63,975 nt of DNA, filler included, from Reticulomyxa filosa (GCA_000512085.1; 21 parts of 21 records of this genome joined end to end with filler, not necessarily neighbours in it); one strand, 5' to 3'; positions 40,296 to 53,813 are shown, numbered from the whole stretch's first letter. Program-made: numbers and translations. Notes: generated by a model not told the origin, from the sequence alone.

Positions 40296-41673
40296 TTATG
40301 GATTTTGTGTATCTTGAGGATTAGCTTCTTTACTATCCGATGGTGTTCCAAGAAGCTCTTGCAAATCTGGCATATAAAAGGGTAAATAAGGAGAAAGAAT
40401 GAGATCCTGTTGTGAAGTAGACTTGGCAGACAAAACAAGATCAGCAGTGGGATCTTGTAACGCTTCATTTCGAAGTTGAGTGATGCTCAAGGATAATTGA
40501 TGTGACAAAACCTTGCCAACAACAGTTCCAGTGCGTCCATTTAAGACAGAAATGTCCTGATCCTTAGCATCCTGAAATGTGATGTCTTTGGGATGGAAGA
40601 AAGAGGGAATAATTTTTGAGCTGTCATTGACGTTGGCCCTTTGATGATGAAAAGCAAATTGTCCATTTTGTTTTTCTTTATCTTCCTTAGTTTGAATGAC
40701 ACAAGGATAAATACGTTTGCGAATGGTTCCTCTGTGATGTGTCCGTGCAATTAGTTCCTATTATTATTGTTGTTGTTGTTGTAAATGTTAATGAGCTCAA
40801 AAGAGGGAGAGGGGAGAAGAAAAAAAAAAAGGTGAACTAAACTTGCCCAACATAACAACCTTTATTAAAACTAACACCATTGATGAAATTGAAATTGCAT
40901 TCCAAAATGATGGATTTGTCAGGAAGCAAATCAGACCCATATTTGGGAATGGCATAACTGCATCGCAAGAAGTCATAGAAATCATTGCCCACAGGGACAT
41001 ATTTGTCTCCAAATATTTTGAAACTTGGGATGTCGTTCCGATGCACAAGGACACGCGCACCCAAATGAAGACACCGAGGGTCAATATAAGCACGCGACAC
41101 AGAAGGGACAGAGGTCGCTTGCTGTGAGAGTTGACATATTTGATCTTCTAATTGACGATGATGCTGAGGCGAACACATGAGACTCCAAACGCGATATTCG
41201 TTTGATATATCTTCAATTGTTACTTTACTTCTTATTTTATGCAATTCCAAGTGTTTTATAAAGTGTCCTTCTTTCACTGCATCTTTTGCTATTTCCAACA
41301 CGTAGTCCCCTCCTTGTGCAGTATCAGCACCTTTATTCGTGTTGTTTGTCATTATCGCGTCATATAAAAACCTCCCTTTGTTCGTCAGAAATGCTCCGTA
41401 CAGCGCCGTCACGGTGCCATCGACCAAATGATTTATATTGTTGCTAAACAGCCCTTGCAGAAATTTCGTGCTGTCTTTCCCATGGATTCGGATCACGGAG
41501 ATCTCTTCCAATGGAGTCATCGCATGGGACAGTTTCCCGTACGCGTCAAGGTGAGTTTGAAAATTTTTGTGCAGTGAAAAACGGGCTATTGACCCGTTAT
41601 TGGCCAAGCAAACGGGAATTTGAGATAATATCCGTTTCGAGCTTATTTTACCTGCACAAATATATCGAAACAT
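40296..41673 (-). CDS. IBA57: IBA57/YgfZ folate-binding Fe-S cluster assembly factor
   Basis: GKDSTKFLQGL, FLTNKGRFLYD and the signature KGCYVGQ|ELIART across an intron at about 40759-40842; presequence-like N-terminus. Confidence 0.92.
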
Positions 41674-41883
41674 TTCTATCCAAAAAAAAAAAAGACGAAC
41701 TTTTTTCGGAAGTTCGCTTTGCCCCCCTTTTTACGTCTATTACAAACAGCAAAGACTAGAAAATACAAGGATTATCACAACATCTAGTGCTGTTGAAAGT
41801 AATATCTATAAGAATTGGAAAGACAATAAAGTAGTGCTAATAAAAAAAAAAAATGATGATACAAACAAAAAAAAAAAAAGGAT

Positions 41884-42917
41884 TCAAAAGCTTTCAATTT
41901 GAATGATTTTGCATAAATACTCATAAGTGATAAAAATGCAAGTGGTCTGTGGCCCCAAGCGTACATAGTTAGCCATCCAGCCCCTGAAGAAAGACCCCCA
42001 TCCCTCATGAACAAACATGTATTTGGCCATGGCAAAATAGCGAATAGACTGTTGAGTAGCATTGTTCATGACACGAGTTTTGATAACATCGACCGGAGAC
42101 GTGACAGTCGTGGAGACGATCCCAGCACACAAGCTTGCGACAAGGTCAATAGTAAATTGATTCCAAAGGCCATTGGCATTGGGATTCGAATTGGATCGAG
42201 TGAACTGTTGTAAAGTTTGTTTGGTATATTGATAAGGGCCAATTTGAGAAGCAGTCAGCAAACCCGAACGTGCCATGCCAGGGATGACCCCTCGCCAAAA
42301 GCGAAGTATTCCTTCGGTCATTACAATCGAACGAATGCCGTGAAACATGTTTGCATATTGGGACACGTCACTTTGCATCCGTACTTTAATCACTTCAAAT
42401 GGATTGCCAATCACTGCTGCTATGCATCCACTTCCGATTGCTGCCGTTGTGCTTATCACAGTGTTTGTGCTTTTTCGTCTCTCTTTGCCCACTCTTCGTC
42501 CTATTGCTTCTCTTAGGGGCTCATACAACCCTATGCGTGTACCGCCATATAACACTGCTCGTCTATTTTTATGTTTGTTTGATTGGTTGATTGGTTGATT
42601 GGTTGATTAGTTGGTTTTTTTCATATTTATCTTTGACTATCAATATACAACAACAAAAACAAAGCATTTACAAACGTCAACGCCGCTCCAATCCCTGAAT
42701 AAAATTGTGAAATTCCAAATTGCTGATACAGCTTTGGAAAATAAGAAAAAAATTTTTGTATTGAAAATGCCTCGCCACTCGCTGCTGAGACTGAGTTTAG
42801 CTGCATATGCACTTTTACTACATCAATCGGATGTGTTATTATTGTCGCAACACTTACTGAGGCACTGCTTAAAAGCAAATGCCCCAGTGTTGACACATCA
42901 TTGCGCTTGGTTTTCAT
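41884..42917 (-). CDS. Mitochondrial carrier (SLC25, UCP/dicarboxylate/oxoglutarate-like)
   Basis: Three PxDxxKxR-type motifs (PIDVVKVH, PFEVIKVR, PVDVIKTR), RIGLYEP and RLGPQT; one intron at about 42563-42676. Confidence 0.92.
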
Positions 42918-43695
42918 ATTGGTTTTTTTTAAAAACGGCGTCCTTTTTCAGTACTTGTTGCAGTTCGGCTTGTCTCAGCAAATAAAACATATATAAAAAA
43001 ACAAACTATCTAAAAAATTTGTGTTTATCGTTGAATTATTGAAATGGCAATCTATTATGCTTTTTTAAAATTTGAGATAGAAATTTCAAACTCAAAAAAT
43101 TAAAAAGCATTAATTAAAATAGATTTGAAAAATAAAAATCTAAAAATGGAAAAAATTCAGGAAATTATAATGCCAAGGAAGAAATTTTTAGCTATTCTAA
43201 TTATAACCTTATTTATAAGTGACGAGATTCAAATGAAATAAACACATATGATAATGTGGTATCATTCTATTAATTATATTCCAAAACTAAGTCTACGATT
43301 TAGAAATAAAATAAATTGTTATAATGTATCCATGCAAATTTTGTATTTCATTATTCGCGTTTTTGCTTAATAAGAAAAGAATTGTAAATATTTAAAAAAA
43401 TGATAATTTGAAAATTCGCGCATATGACCAACTTGACTCAATGTGATAAAAAAGACTTTGAAGAAACTGATTAGCATAGAGTATGAAGGGCCTCTTGGAC
43501 CAAATCATGACTTTGGAGTGCAAAAAAAAAAAAATACAGAACATCAACAAAACAAATGAAAAGCGGTTATTAAAATTTGGTTTCAATCACAGCAACAAAG
43601 CAAAACAAATGAAATCAAAAGCGAGAAAGAAAGAAAAGTGAAGAAGCAAAGAGGACTGTACAAAAAAGAAAAAGAAGAAAAGCGAAGCAAGCAAA

Positions 43696-44615
43696 TCAAT
43701 CCAGTTCGTCTTCAACCGTAGCGACTTTATGTCGAACATAAGGTTTGACTCTCTTTTCCACCAAATAGTTGATTTTTTCTAGCCACTTGTCACGAACATA
43801 CTGATTTGGAGTTTTGAGCACGGTATGATCTTGAAGACCGATACAATAAAACAGTTGTTCAGGTTTTGCCAACTCGCGTTTGAGAAGCGGAGGGAAGAGA
43901 TTTTTTTCTCGTGGGAGTAATTTTTTAAGTTTCTCTAAGCATTTGGCTTGGTCTTTGTCTACAGCACGAGTGTCCAATTGGAATACCCCACGGCAAAATC
44001 GTGCAAAAGTTTTTTGAAACGCAACGTGTCTCGTTGACACATTTACTGTCTCTCTCACCAGTGCTTTGAAGTCTTCTTCATTCTAATCACGCAACAACAA
44101 TTACAAAGTTATGTACACATCGACATGTACACACAATATTATACATAATACATATTCATATATGCATATACATACGTATATAAGTATATATATATATATA
44201 TATAATAAATAACACAAGTAAAGGTGTACATAAAAAGTTAGCAAACTTCAAAAAAGAATAAACTAGGGATCAAAGGCTCTCCATGTCGATTCTTGATGTC
44301 ATCAGGTTCGTTGGTTTTGTTGTTTGTTCCCCTTGGCAAGCCGTCCAAACAAAAGTAAAACTTTTCGTGCTTTTCCAAAATGGTATCGGGGATTATTGTG
44401 GATTTGATGATGGTCAAATAGCCCGCCCATCGAGGAGACAGCGTTCGGAATTTTTTGCCACTTCCCAGCTGTCTCGTCGGAGTGCTCACTATCGTGCTAA
44501 AGTCTTGTGACTGAATAGTCATTCGAGTCTGAATTTGACTTACGTTTTCTTGCAATTGTAACTGCAGCTGTGGCGGAGGCTGTTCTCGTAACTCTTGTTG
44601 TTGTTGTTGTTGTTG
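43696..44615 (-). CDS. Hypothetical protein, C-terminal fragment with possible split PH-like domain
   Basis: Two exons; WAGYLTI...YFCL and LKTPNQYVRDKWLEKI resemble PH-domain ends; poly-Q at the contig end. Confidence 0.5.
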
Positions 44616-44715
44616 NNNNNNNNNNNNNNNNNNNNNNNNNNNNNNNNNNNNNNNNNNNNTTAATTAATTAANNNNNNNNNNNNNNNNNNNNNNNNNNNNN
44701 NNNNNNNNNNNNNNN

Positions 44716-46150
44716 TCCATAATTGTTGGTAGGACTCCACTTCACTTCCATATCCTTTCTGTTTCCACTCTTCAATTGCCTGAGCGATGGTTTTGCTTTG
44801 ACACTCCTGCTGTGAGATTTGTCTAGAAAAGTGGAAATACACATGTTTCATCCATTGTCCAATAACAGGCAAATATTTCACACTCCAAAGTTCATCCTTG
44901 GCGCACATCACATGATATAGTAATGGATGTTTACTTCTCAACGAAGGCTCTGTCATAAATCTCTGGGCTAAATCATCAAATGATACTTTATGGATGGTCA
45001 AAAACAAATGTGGAATGTACTGTTCGCGATAGGACTTGTCAATTGCCTTTGTTTCTTCAATTTCAGAGATAATCACTTTCAAAGCTTTGTCTTCATCAGC
45101 ATTAATTTTACTGCGGTTGTTCAATTCATGGAATCTTGCGGTTTGACTAAAAAATCCACAATATTGATTTTCAAATTTTTTTTCAAATTCATACGTGGTA
45201 GTGAGATCTGTTCCATTCAATCCATTTGGATACCACTGATTGAAGATTTGTGGTAAGTCATTCAATAGTTGATGCAAAGCCACAGATAAAAGCTCATCAT
45301 TCAAGCGAGTGATTTTTCCTAGCAATCGGAAATAACCAATTGCCTGCTTCTGTAAAAACTCGGTTACCTTTGCTGCATCTGTTTTTTGTAGCAATTTTTG
45401 AAGTTGACTGCATCCTTCTGAAACAGCAGCATTTCTGATCAACAATGCCAAATGAAGTAACAAACGCATCAACGTGCAAGCCACTTCATAAATCCTTCTT
45501 ACTTCTGTCAACCCTTCGTATCTCCAAAACGAGTCACCTACCGACAATTCATCTTCTGATCCGTCCAAAATGTATCCTTTGGGTATTTCTAATTGTTTCA
45601 GTCCTGTATTCTGATTTGCGTGAGTTGTATCACCGATTTCTTTACCACACCCATCAGCCGCACAAATTATCTTTTCCATTGGATGCCCGCATCCACTAAT
45701 GATGAATGGATGCATGTTTGGACAATAGCGAACCGTGAACGTGTCTCCATCTTTTCCTTCTTTTTTCATTGCACGAATCACATTTATTAGCAAATTTTCT
45801 GGCATAGCTGGGAGATGACCATTCACATACTCCTCAGGATTTAAAATCAACATTTGAAATGGGTTTTCTGTTTTTTAAAGAAGTACATTTAGGGAAAATA
45901 AGATTTGATAAGTTTATTGTACAGCCATTTCAAAAAAATAGAATCGTAACTATGCATAATTTGGAGTGCGCCCAAAAAATGGAAACATAACCTTGGAATA
46001 TAGGCATCAGAAGCGTCACTGTTGTAAGCCAGCCTTAGGCCAGAGGCAGTTTGTGAGAGTTGTTCACTTAATAATATCTTAACACAATTTAGTTCAATGT
46101 CATAACTCAGAACATTGCATTGTAGTAAGTAATCTTTTACCTCTATTTTT
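44716..46150 (-). CDS. RNF213/mysterin-like E3 ligase C-terminal region with RZ-type zinc finger, internal fragment
   Basis: NPFQMLILNPEEYVNGHLPAMPENLL, CPNMHPFIISGCGHPMEKIICAADGCGKEIGDTTH, LMRLLLHLALL and HPLL...ELWSVKYLP are colinear with RNF213 C-terminal blocks. Intron at 45868-45950. Confidence 0.85.
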
Positions 46151-46309
46151 NNNNNNNNNNNNNNNNNNNNNNNNNNNNNNNNNNNNNNNNNNNNTTAATT
46201 AATTAANNNNNNNNNNNNNNNNNNNNNNNNNNNNNNNNNNNNNNNNNNNNTTTTTAAAAATCATTTCAAAAAATCATATTTTTGATCAACATAGTAAAAA
46301 CTTATCATG

Positions 46310-46450
46310 AAACCAATTTCATATTTAAAAACTACAAGATTAGTAGATATTTTTAAAAAAATTATGTTTAAATCTTTATTTTTCATGGAGAAACTCGATT
46401 CTCTTCATATAGTGCCATTTAGGTATGGCAGTTTTTTTTGCAATATACTG
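46310..46450. mobile_element. MITE right TIR at a contig start
   Basis: catatttaaaaactacaagattagtagatattt...gtgccatttaggt...caatatactg|TA, similar to 1224-1360. Confidence 0.75.
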
Positions 46451-47598
46451 TACTTTACTCTTGTGCGTGGAATTTCGGGATCCCGTACTTTCCACACGTT
46501 TTTGCCAACATGTATTTTGTAAGTTGTTATTGTTGTCTTTTTTAAAAAAAGAAATATATAAACATTTTGTTGATACCTTTGAAAGCAGCTGCTTTTAGCT
46601 GTCTTATAACTACACCAACAAAAGTTATAAGAGTAACGACATATTTTTTGATATCTTTTTTTTGTTTAAAATAGATTATGAATGATTTGTACTCACGCGA
46701 ACATTGATTTTAATTTATATCAGCAGCTGCACAAAAAAGAAAAGAGTTTATTTGCAATGTGATTGTACTTGTTTTTCCGAATCACTCTTGCAGCCGTTTT
46801 AAAAAAGTTTGTACTACCAGTGATCTATATTCTTCTAAAAGAAACTCCTAAAATTACATTGAAAAGATTTGAGTATATACTAAGCCAGAAGCAAAGAATA
46901 AGTTGTCTGCAACAACTGTTGTAAGAAAGAAAAGGGACTTTCTTCAAACTTTTCATTGTCGTTCGTTAACAGTGCTTTTTTTTACAACGTACTTGTACAA
47001 TAATTTTTTCCTTCATCAACAAAATATTGCATAAATTCGTTTTTTTCACAAAGAACGGAAGTATAAGCTTGATGCCTTAACAAATTCGTCAAGGTGCGGT
47101 CTTAGTGTTGTTATTCATATCTTTGAGATTTGCTACATTGAAAAAATACACAATGCTTAAAGGAATCCTGTCCTACTTGTATTTACGAAAAATGAATCAT
47201 AAAACTTATGCAAAATAAATATCAAATTTAAAACAGTACTACTTAATAACGGGCAATTAACGACCACAAAACTTGTAATTCCCACTCGCTGCACACCTTA
47301 ACATAGAACTTTAATACTTAAAAAATCTAAACATGTTAGTTTTAATATGTTCGAAAAAGTAATGACTACCATTTTTTTTCCACAAAAAATATCAAAAATA
47401 ATTTTATTTAATGTCTTGATTATGTAAGACATTGAAGCCAACAAAAAGTCATCATTCTTTTCAATATGTAAAACAAAATGAATGTGATTTAAAAATACAT
47501 TGTGTTTAATATGTTAACTTTCGTTAACCGTGGTGATAGTTTCGTTGTTTCCAAAAGGACAGTGACAAGAAAAAAAACTCAATTGATTTTATATTACG

Positions 47599-49438
47599 AT
47601 GTCTGAAGAAAAAAAAGGAGAGCAAACAACAGGAATTGAGACCTTGGCAAAGCAGTATGTCGCTTGGGAGCCGCATGAACCATTTCGAAAACAAGTGGAA
47701 ACTGCGTTGTCAGCCAAAGACTCAGCACTGCTTGTGCAAATGTTTGGCAAGAGGATCGCGTTCGGCACAGCGGGGTTACGTGCGAAAATGGCTGGCGGTT
47801 ATGCATACATGAATGATTTAGTGATTATCCAAACCTCGCAAGGCCTTTGCAAATATGTGGACAAGCATATAACCAATGGAAAAAAGAAAGGCGTAATAAT
47901 TGGATACGATGGCAGACATAACAGCAAGCGTTTCGCGGAAATCGCAGCAACGGTTTTTAAAGACTATGGATTTCACATTTATTTCTTCAACCGATATGCC
48001 GCCACACCATTGGTCCCAGTTGGCATTTTGCAATTGAAATGTGCCTGTGGCATTGTTGTCACCGCGTCACACAATCCAAAGGACGACAATGGCTTCAAAG
48101 TTGCGAAAAAACAAAATAAAACAAACCCAAAAAATTGCCAAAGGTGTATCCGAGCCCATTTGAAAGGAGTGGGGAAGCGGAGAGATTTTTGATGTGCAAT
48201 TAAATTTAAAGTGTGTGTATGAAAAAAAAAAATTAATCCCCTAAATGGAGACATTTAACTAAGTGCACTACGTATACATAACATAACAAAGGTGTACTGG
48301 GAGAACGGAGCACAGATAATACCCCCACATGACGAAGGAATTGCCGCGTGTATTGAAGAAAATCTCAAGCCATGGAAACATTATGAACCCTTTGCTTTGG
48401 ATAAGGACACGGATCAAAAAGAAATTGACATTACTGAGCGAGTTGGCGATGCTTATTTTAGTGAAATTGCATCTCGTTATTGTTATCATAAGTTTATTAT
48501 CAATTTTTTTTTTTTTTTTTTTGTTGTTGTTCTTCTTTGTAAATATATAATATACATTTTTTTTCACCTTCCCCTTTTTCCTTCCCACGAGTACAAACGA
48601 AACATTTTTCATTGTTCCTTCCTCCCTTCTCTCCCCCCCTTTTTTTTTTTTTTTATGAACCTTTAGAGATGAAAACAAAGACACGAAGCTAAAAGTAACA
48701 TATACGGCAATGCACGGTGTGGGGACGCATTGGATTACGAAGGCGTACAAGGCATTTGATTTACCAGATTTCATTCCTGTGAAGGAACAGATAGACCCAG
48801 ATCCGGATTTCAGTACTGTGAAGTTCCCAAACCCAGAAGAAGGTGCTGGAGCTTTGAGCTTGGCAATAAAAACGGCTGACGCGAACGACAGTCCTTTGAT
48901 TATTGGTATCTTTAAGAAATTTTTTTTATATTTATTATATGCATACATATATTTATATAATTTTTTTTTTGTTTATTATGTCAATGCAGGCCAAAAAAAA
49001 ATATATAAACAAACAAAAAAAAAAAAAGCCAACGATCCCGATGCGGATCGCTTGGCAATTGCAGAAAAGATGAAAAATAAAAAGGAATGGAAAATTTTCA
49101 ATGGCAATGAAATAGCGATACTGTTGAGCGATTGGGCTTTTGTAAATTATATGAAGCGCCATCCCAAAGCAGATGTGTCGAAATTGGTGATGATTGCCTC
49201 CACGGTCAGCAGCAAATACTTGCAGTCGTATGCGACCAAAAATGGCTTTCATTTTGAGGACACACTGACCGGGTTCAAATGGATGGGCAACAAAGCGGTA
49301 GATATGATCCATGATGGATATGTGTTCTTGTTTGCTTTTGAAGTCGAAATTGGCTTCCTCATCGGAGACCTTTCCTTTGACAAAGTTTTGTCTTTATTTT
49401 TTTTTTTGTACTATCAAAATAAGATAAACTCAAAGAAA
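47599..49438 (+). CDS. PGM2: Phosphoglucomutase-2/phosphopentomutase, 3' truncated
   Basis: [22 protein letters not shown] (phospho-Ser), ANDPDADR and TLTGFKW; multiple introns. Confidence 0.95.
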
Positions 49439-49773
49439 NNNNNNNNNNNNNNNNNNNNNNNNNNNNNNNNNNNNNNNNNNNNTTAATTAATTAANNNNNN
49501 NNNNNNNNNNNNNNNNNNNNNNNNNNNNNNNNNNNNNNCACTTTTCCACTTTTACTCACCATTTGCCCTTTCTGTTGCAATTCATCAAATAATTCGTCCA
49601 CATCCTTTCAACATTATTATTATTCCATTTTGAATATTTTTTTGCTGTAACACCACGCTTCTAAAATTAATTTTTTTTCAAAGAATAGCGGTTAAACTTT
49701 GCGGACGTTGTTTGACGGTACTGTTCAAAAAAGGAGTTAACGGTAAGTTTGTCGAGTTTGTAGGCTCCAAGAA

Positions 49774-52700
49774 ATGTCTCAAAAACCTATTCGAGAATAT
49801 TCCGGCAAGAGGTTGATATCCAACTGGTTTTCCAAACATGCCACTGGCATTCCTGATGGTAAAACTGTTTGAAGTAAACTTTTGTTGTTGGCTTGAAACG
49901 TCTGGAAAAGCACGTTTTTGTCTGTTTATGAAATATCACCTGAATAGCATTCAAGACAACTTCTTCGATGTTTTTGGTCACGCCAGAAACAAAGCTGGAC
50001 CAAATCGAATCACCATTTGATACTCAAATCAAGCTAGGTTGGTGCCTTTAAAACAAAATAAGAAAAGCAAAGCAAAGCAAAACCAAAACAAACCAAACAG
50101 TGGTGAAACCTGACCAATTGTTAAAGCGAAGAGGAAAACTCGGATTGGTCAAATTGAATGCCACTTGGAAGGAGGCCTGCCAATGGGTATCTGAAGTGCG
50201 AAACAAGAAGATCACAGTTACTAAAACGAGGAAAATTCGTGTCAAAAAAAAATTCACCCACCGCTTTCGTCTCATTTTTTTTTTTAATTGAGCCCCAAAC
50301 AAAAAAAAAATAGGTCGACGGTGCCACTGATGAATTGAATTACTTTTTGGTGGAATCATTCATCCCTCACAAACCAGACGAAGAACTCTATCTTTGTATC
50401 CATTCTATTCGTGACGGGGATGAAATTTTGTTTTATCATCAGGGTGGTGTTGATGTTGGTGACGTGGACGCAAAAGTTAATTAAAAAGCAAAAAGGGGGC
50501 GACTGTACGTAAAAAAAAAAAAGATATCAAAGGCTTGACACTGATAAAAATGCAAATTAAAGAAGCAAAGATAAAATAAACTCAATGAATCAAAACCAAA
50601 TAAATAAAATGTTTGTAAAAAACAGGCGAGCAGATTGTTGATACCAGTCGGCGATCAAATAAATCGTAATCAGGTTGCTCGCGAACTGTTGTCAAAAATT
50701 GAGAATAATCAAAAGCGAGACATGGTAAGCGAATTTATTGAGAAAATATTTCAAATGTATTCTGAACTTCACTTTTGCTATTTGGAAATCAATCCGTTGG
50801 TAGTGCTCAATGATTTGTCTGGAGTGTTTATTTTGGACTTGGCCGCGAAGTTAGATAGCGCAGCGGAATTTCAATGTCACAGCAAATGGAGCGATGTTGT
50901 GGAATTTCCACCTTTCTTTGGTCATCACAGTTCCCCTGAAGAAAAATTTGTCGAAGAATTGGACGAACGCACTGGAGCATCGCTTAAATTGACCGTGTTG
51001 AATCCCACCGGAAGAGTTTGGACAATGGTCGCCGGTGGAGGCGCCTCGGTCATCTATGCTGACACTGTTGCGGATTTGGGTTTTGCGCACGAATTGGGTA
51101 ACTATGGTGAATATAGCGGTGCCCCAACGCAAGAGTTGACCTATCAATATGCCAACACATTGCTGCGTTGCATGTTAAAATACCCCCGCGAGGAAGGCAA
51201 GATTTTGTTGATTGGTGGAGGAATTGCTAACTTTACTGACGTTGCTGACACATTCACCGGTGTCATCCAAGCCTTGCAAGAAAACAAGGACGATATGATC
51301 AAACAAAAAACCAAAATTTATGTTCGCAGAGGTGGCCCCAACTATCAGCGCGGACTGAAATTGATGAAGGAATGCGCCGACAGCACTGGCTTGGATATGC
51401 AAGTGTTCGGTCCGGAGACACATATCACTGCCATTGTATCAATGGCCTTGTTGTCCAAGAAAGACGGAGACGAAAAGGAAGACAACCAAGAACTCCAAGA
51501 TGTCAACATTGAAAGCTACATTGAAAATTTGGATTTGAGCAGATTCAAATGGAACGACAAATGGGAAGAAGTTAAAGAAAAAGATAAAAATGATTACGTC
51601 ATGACCGAAAAAACTAAAGCCATTGTGTATGGAATGCAAGTTGGAGCTGTGCAGGTTTGTGTGTATTTTTTTTTTTCTCTCCCTAAAGAAAAAGGTCTAG
51701 AATATACATATTCGCAAACGAAAAATAGCAATGTGGAAAGAAAAAAAAAAAAAATTCTTGATGTATACGTGGAAACATAGAACATGCTCGATTTTGATTA
51801 CATAAGTCGTCGTGAAACACCATCAGTTGCAGCAATCGTGTACGATTTTTCTAGTGGACTCCACCATCGTCAGTTTTATTGGGGACACAAAGAAGTAATG
51901 ATACCCGTTTACAAAGATTTGAAAGATGCATTGTCCAAGTACAAAGAAGTCGATACGATTGTAAATTTTGCCAGTAGCCGCTCTGCCTATCAAGCGACCT
52001 TGGACATGTTAGACTTTTCTCAAATTAAACACATCACCATTATTGCAGAGGGAGTTCCTGAACGACACACACGACATTTGATCCGCAAAAGTAAAGAAAC
52101 AAAAACAATCATTTTGGGACCTTCCACTGTAGGTGGTATTAAACCTGGAGCTTTCCGAATTGGTAACACTGGAGGAATGTTGGACAACATTGTCTCTTCC
52201 AAGTTACACCGTCCAGGAAGCGTTGGCTTTGTCAGCAAATCGGGAGGATTATCGAATGAACTTGCAAATATTATTTCCCGCTGTACTAATGGTGTCATTG
52301 AAGGTATGCATAATTCTCTTTACCTTGCTTTTGTTGCAAGTCAGAGGCTCAATCCTCATGTTTGTGTTTCGACGTTTGAAAAGGCATGGCAATTGGAGGT
52401 GACCGACATCCTGTCACTACATTTATGGACAATGTGATTCGATATCAAAGAGATCCTCGCTGCAAAATCCTTGTTGTATTGGGTGAAGTTGGAGGCGTGT
52501 TGGAATATGAGGTTGCAGAAGCAGTAAAGAAAGGAATTATTACCAAACCTGTGATTGCTTGGTATAATGAATGCATTTACTAATACGTTGACTTATAAAA
52601 TATAGAAAAAATAACAAACAATTACTTTTAAAAAACAAAAGGTGTACCGGCACATGCGCCGCTTGCTTTAAACATGACGTACAGTTTGGACATGCAGGTG

Positions 52701-53813
52701 CAATGGCACAATCCACGTTGGAAACAGCAGCAACGAAAAATCGAGTTTTAGCTGAGGCTGGATGCTTAGTACCTGGATCTTTTGATGATTTTTCACGACT
52801 TATAAAATTCTTATATAAAAGATTGATCAAAGAAAAAATATTGAATGAAGCTGATTACAAGGATGTGGAGGCTCCTCCAATCCCTGTGGATTATTCTTGG
52901 GCACGTAAATTGGGATTGGTGAGGAAACCAGCAGGATTTTTGTCTTCTATCTCAGACGACAGAGGAGAAGAGTTAGTGTATGCGGGTATGCCGATTTCGC
53001 AAATTTTCTCTCAAGATTTGGGAATTGGTGGTGTTGTTGGATTATTATGGTTTCGACGAAGACTCCCGGATTACGCAAACAAATTCATTGAAATGGTGTT
53101 AATGGTCACAGCGGACCACGGCCCTGCGGTCAGTGGTGCCCATAACACTATCGTCACTGCAAGAGCAGGAAAAGATCTTATTTCTTCATTGTGCAGTGGT
53201 TTATTGACAATCGGTATGCTTTCTACTTATACCTTATATTCTGAGGAGTGTGCAAAAAAAAACATTGAAACAATAAATATGTCAAAACAAATTGTGACCA
53301 GGTCCTCGTTTTGGTGGTGCTTTGGATGATGCGGCCAAAATGTTTACCCGAGCATATGACAGTGGATTAACCCCGGAAGAATTTGTCGAGAAGACAAGAA
53401 AATCGGGCAAATTGATATCTGGTATTGGACACTTGGTTAAATCACTAGAAAACCCTGATAAGCGAGTAGAAATTGTTGTTGAATTCGCCAAGAAAAATTT
53501 TGATAGTACCAGTATATTAGACTATGCTTTGGCGGTGCAAAAAGTAACAACGCGCAAAAAATCAAATTTGATATTGAATGTTGACGGGGCCGTTGCTTGT
53601 GCTTTTGTTGATCTGTTGCGTGGATGCAAATTGTTTAGCAAAGAGGAAGCCGATCAATATGTCAAATTGGGTTCTTTGAACGCTTTGTTTGTGTTGGGAC
53701 GTTCGATTGGATTCATTGGACATTTCTTGGATCAAAAGAGATTGGGACAAGGCTTATACCGACATCCTACTGACGATATTACTTATTTCCTACATGATTT
53801 ACCAACGAATTAA
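49774..53813 (+). CDS. ACLY: ATP-citrate lyase, single fused polypeptide, complete multi-exon gene
   Basis: [51 protein letters not shown] (phospho-His), [13 protein letters not shown] and QGLYRHP; GT-AG introns. Confidence 0.97.

Noticed and set aside
44716-53813. Apparent gene clusters, such as PGM2 next to ACLY or RNF213-like next to others
   Set aside because: They are separated by linkers and lie on different contigs.
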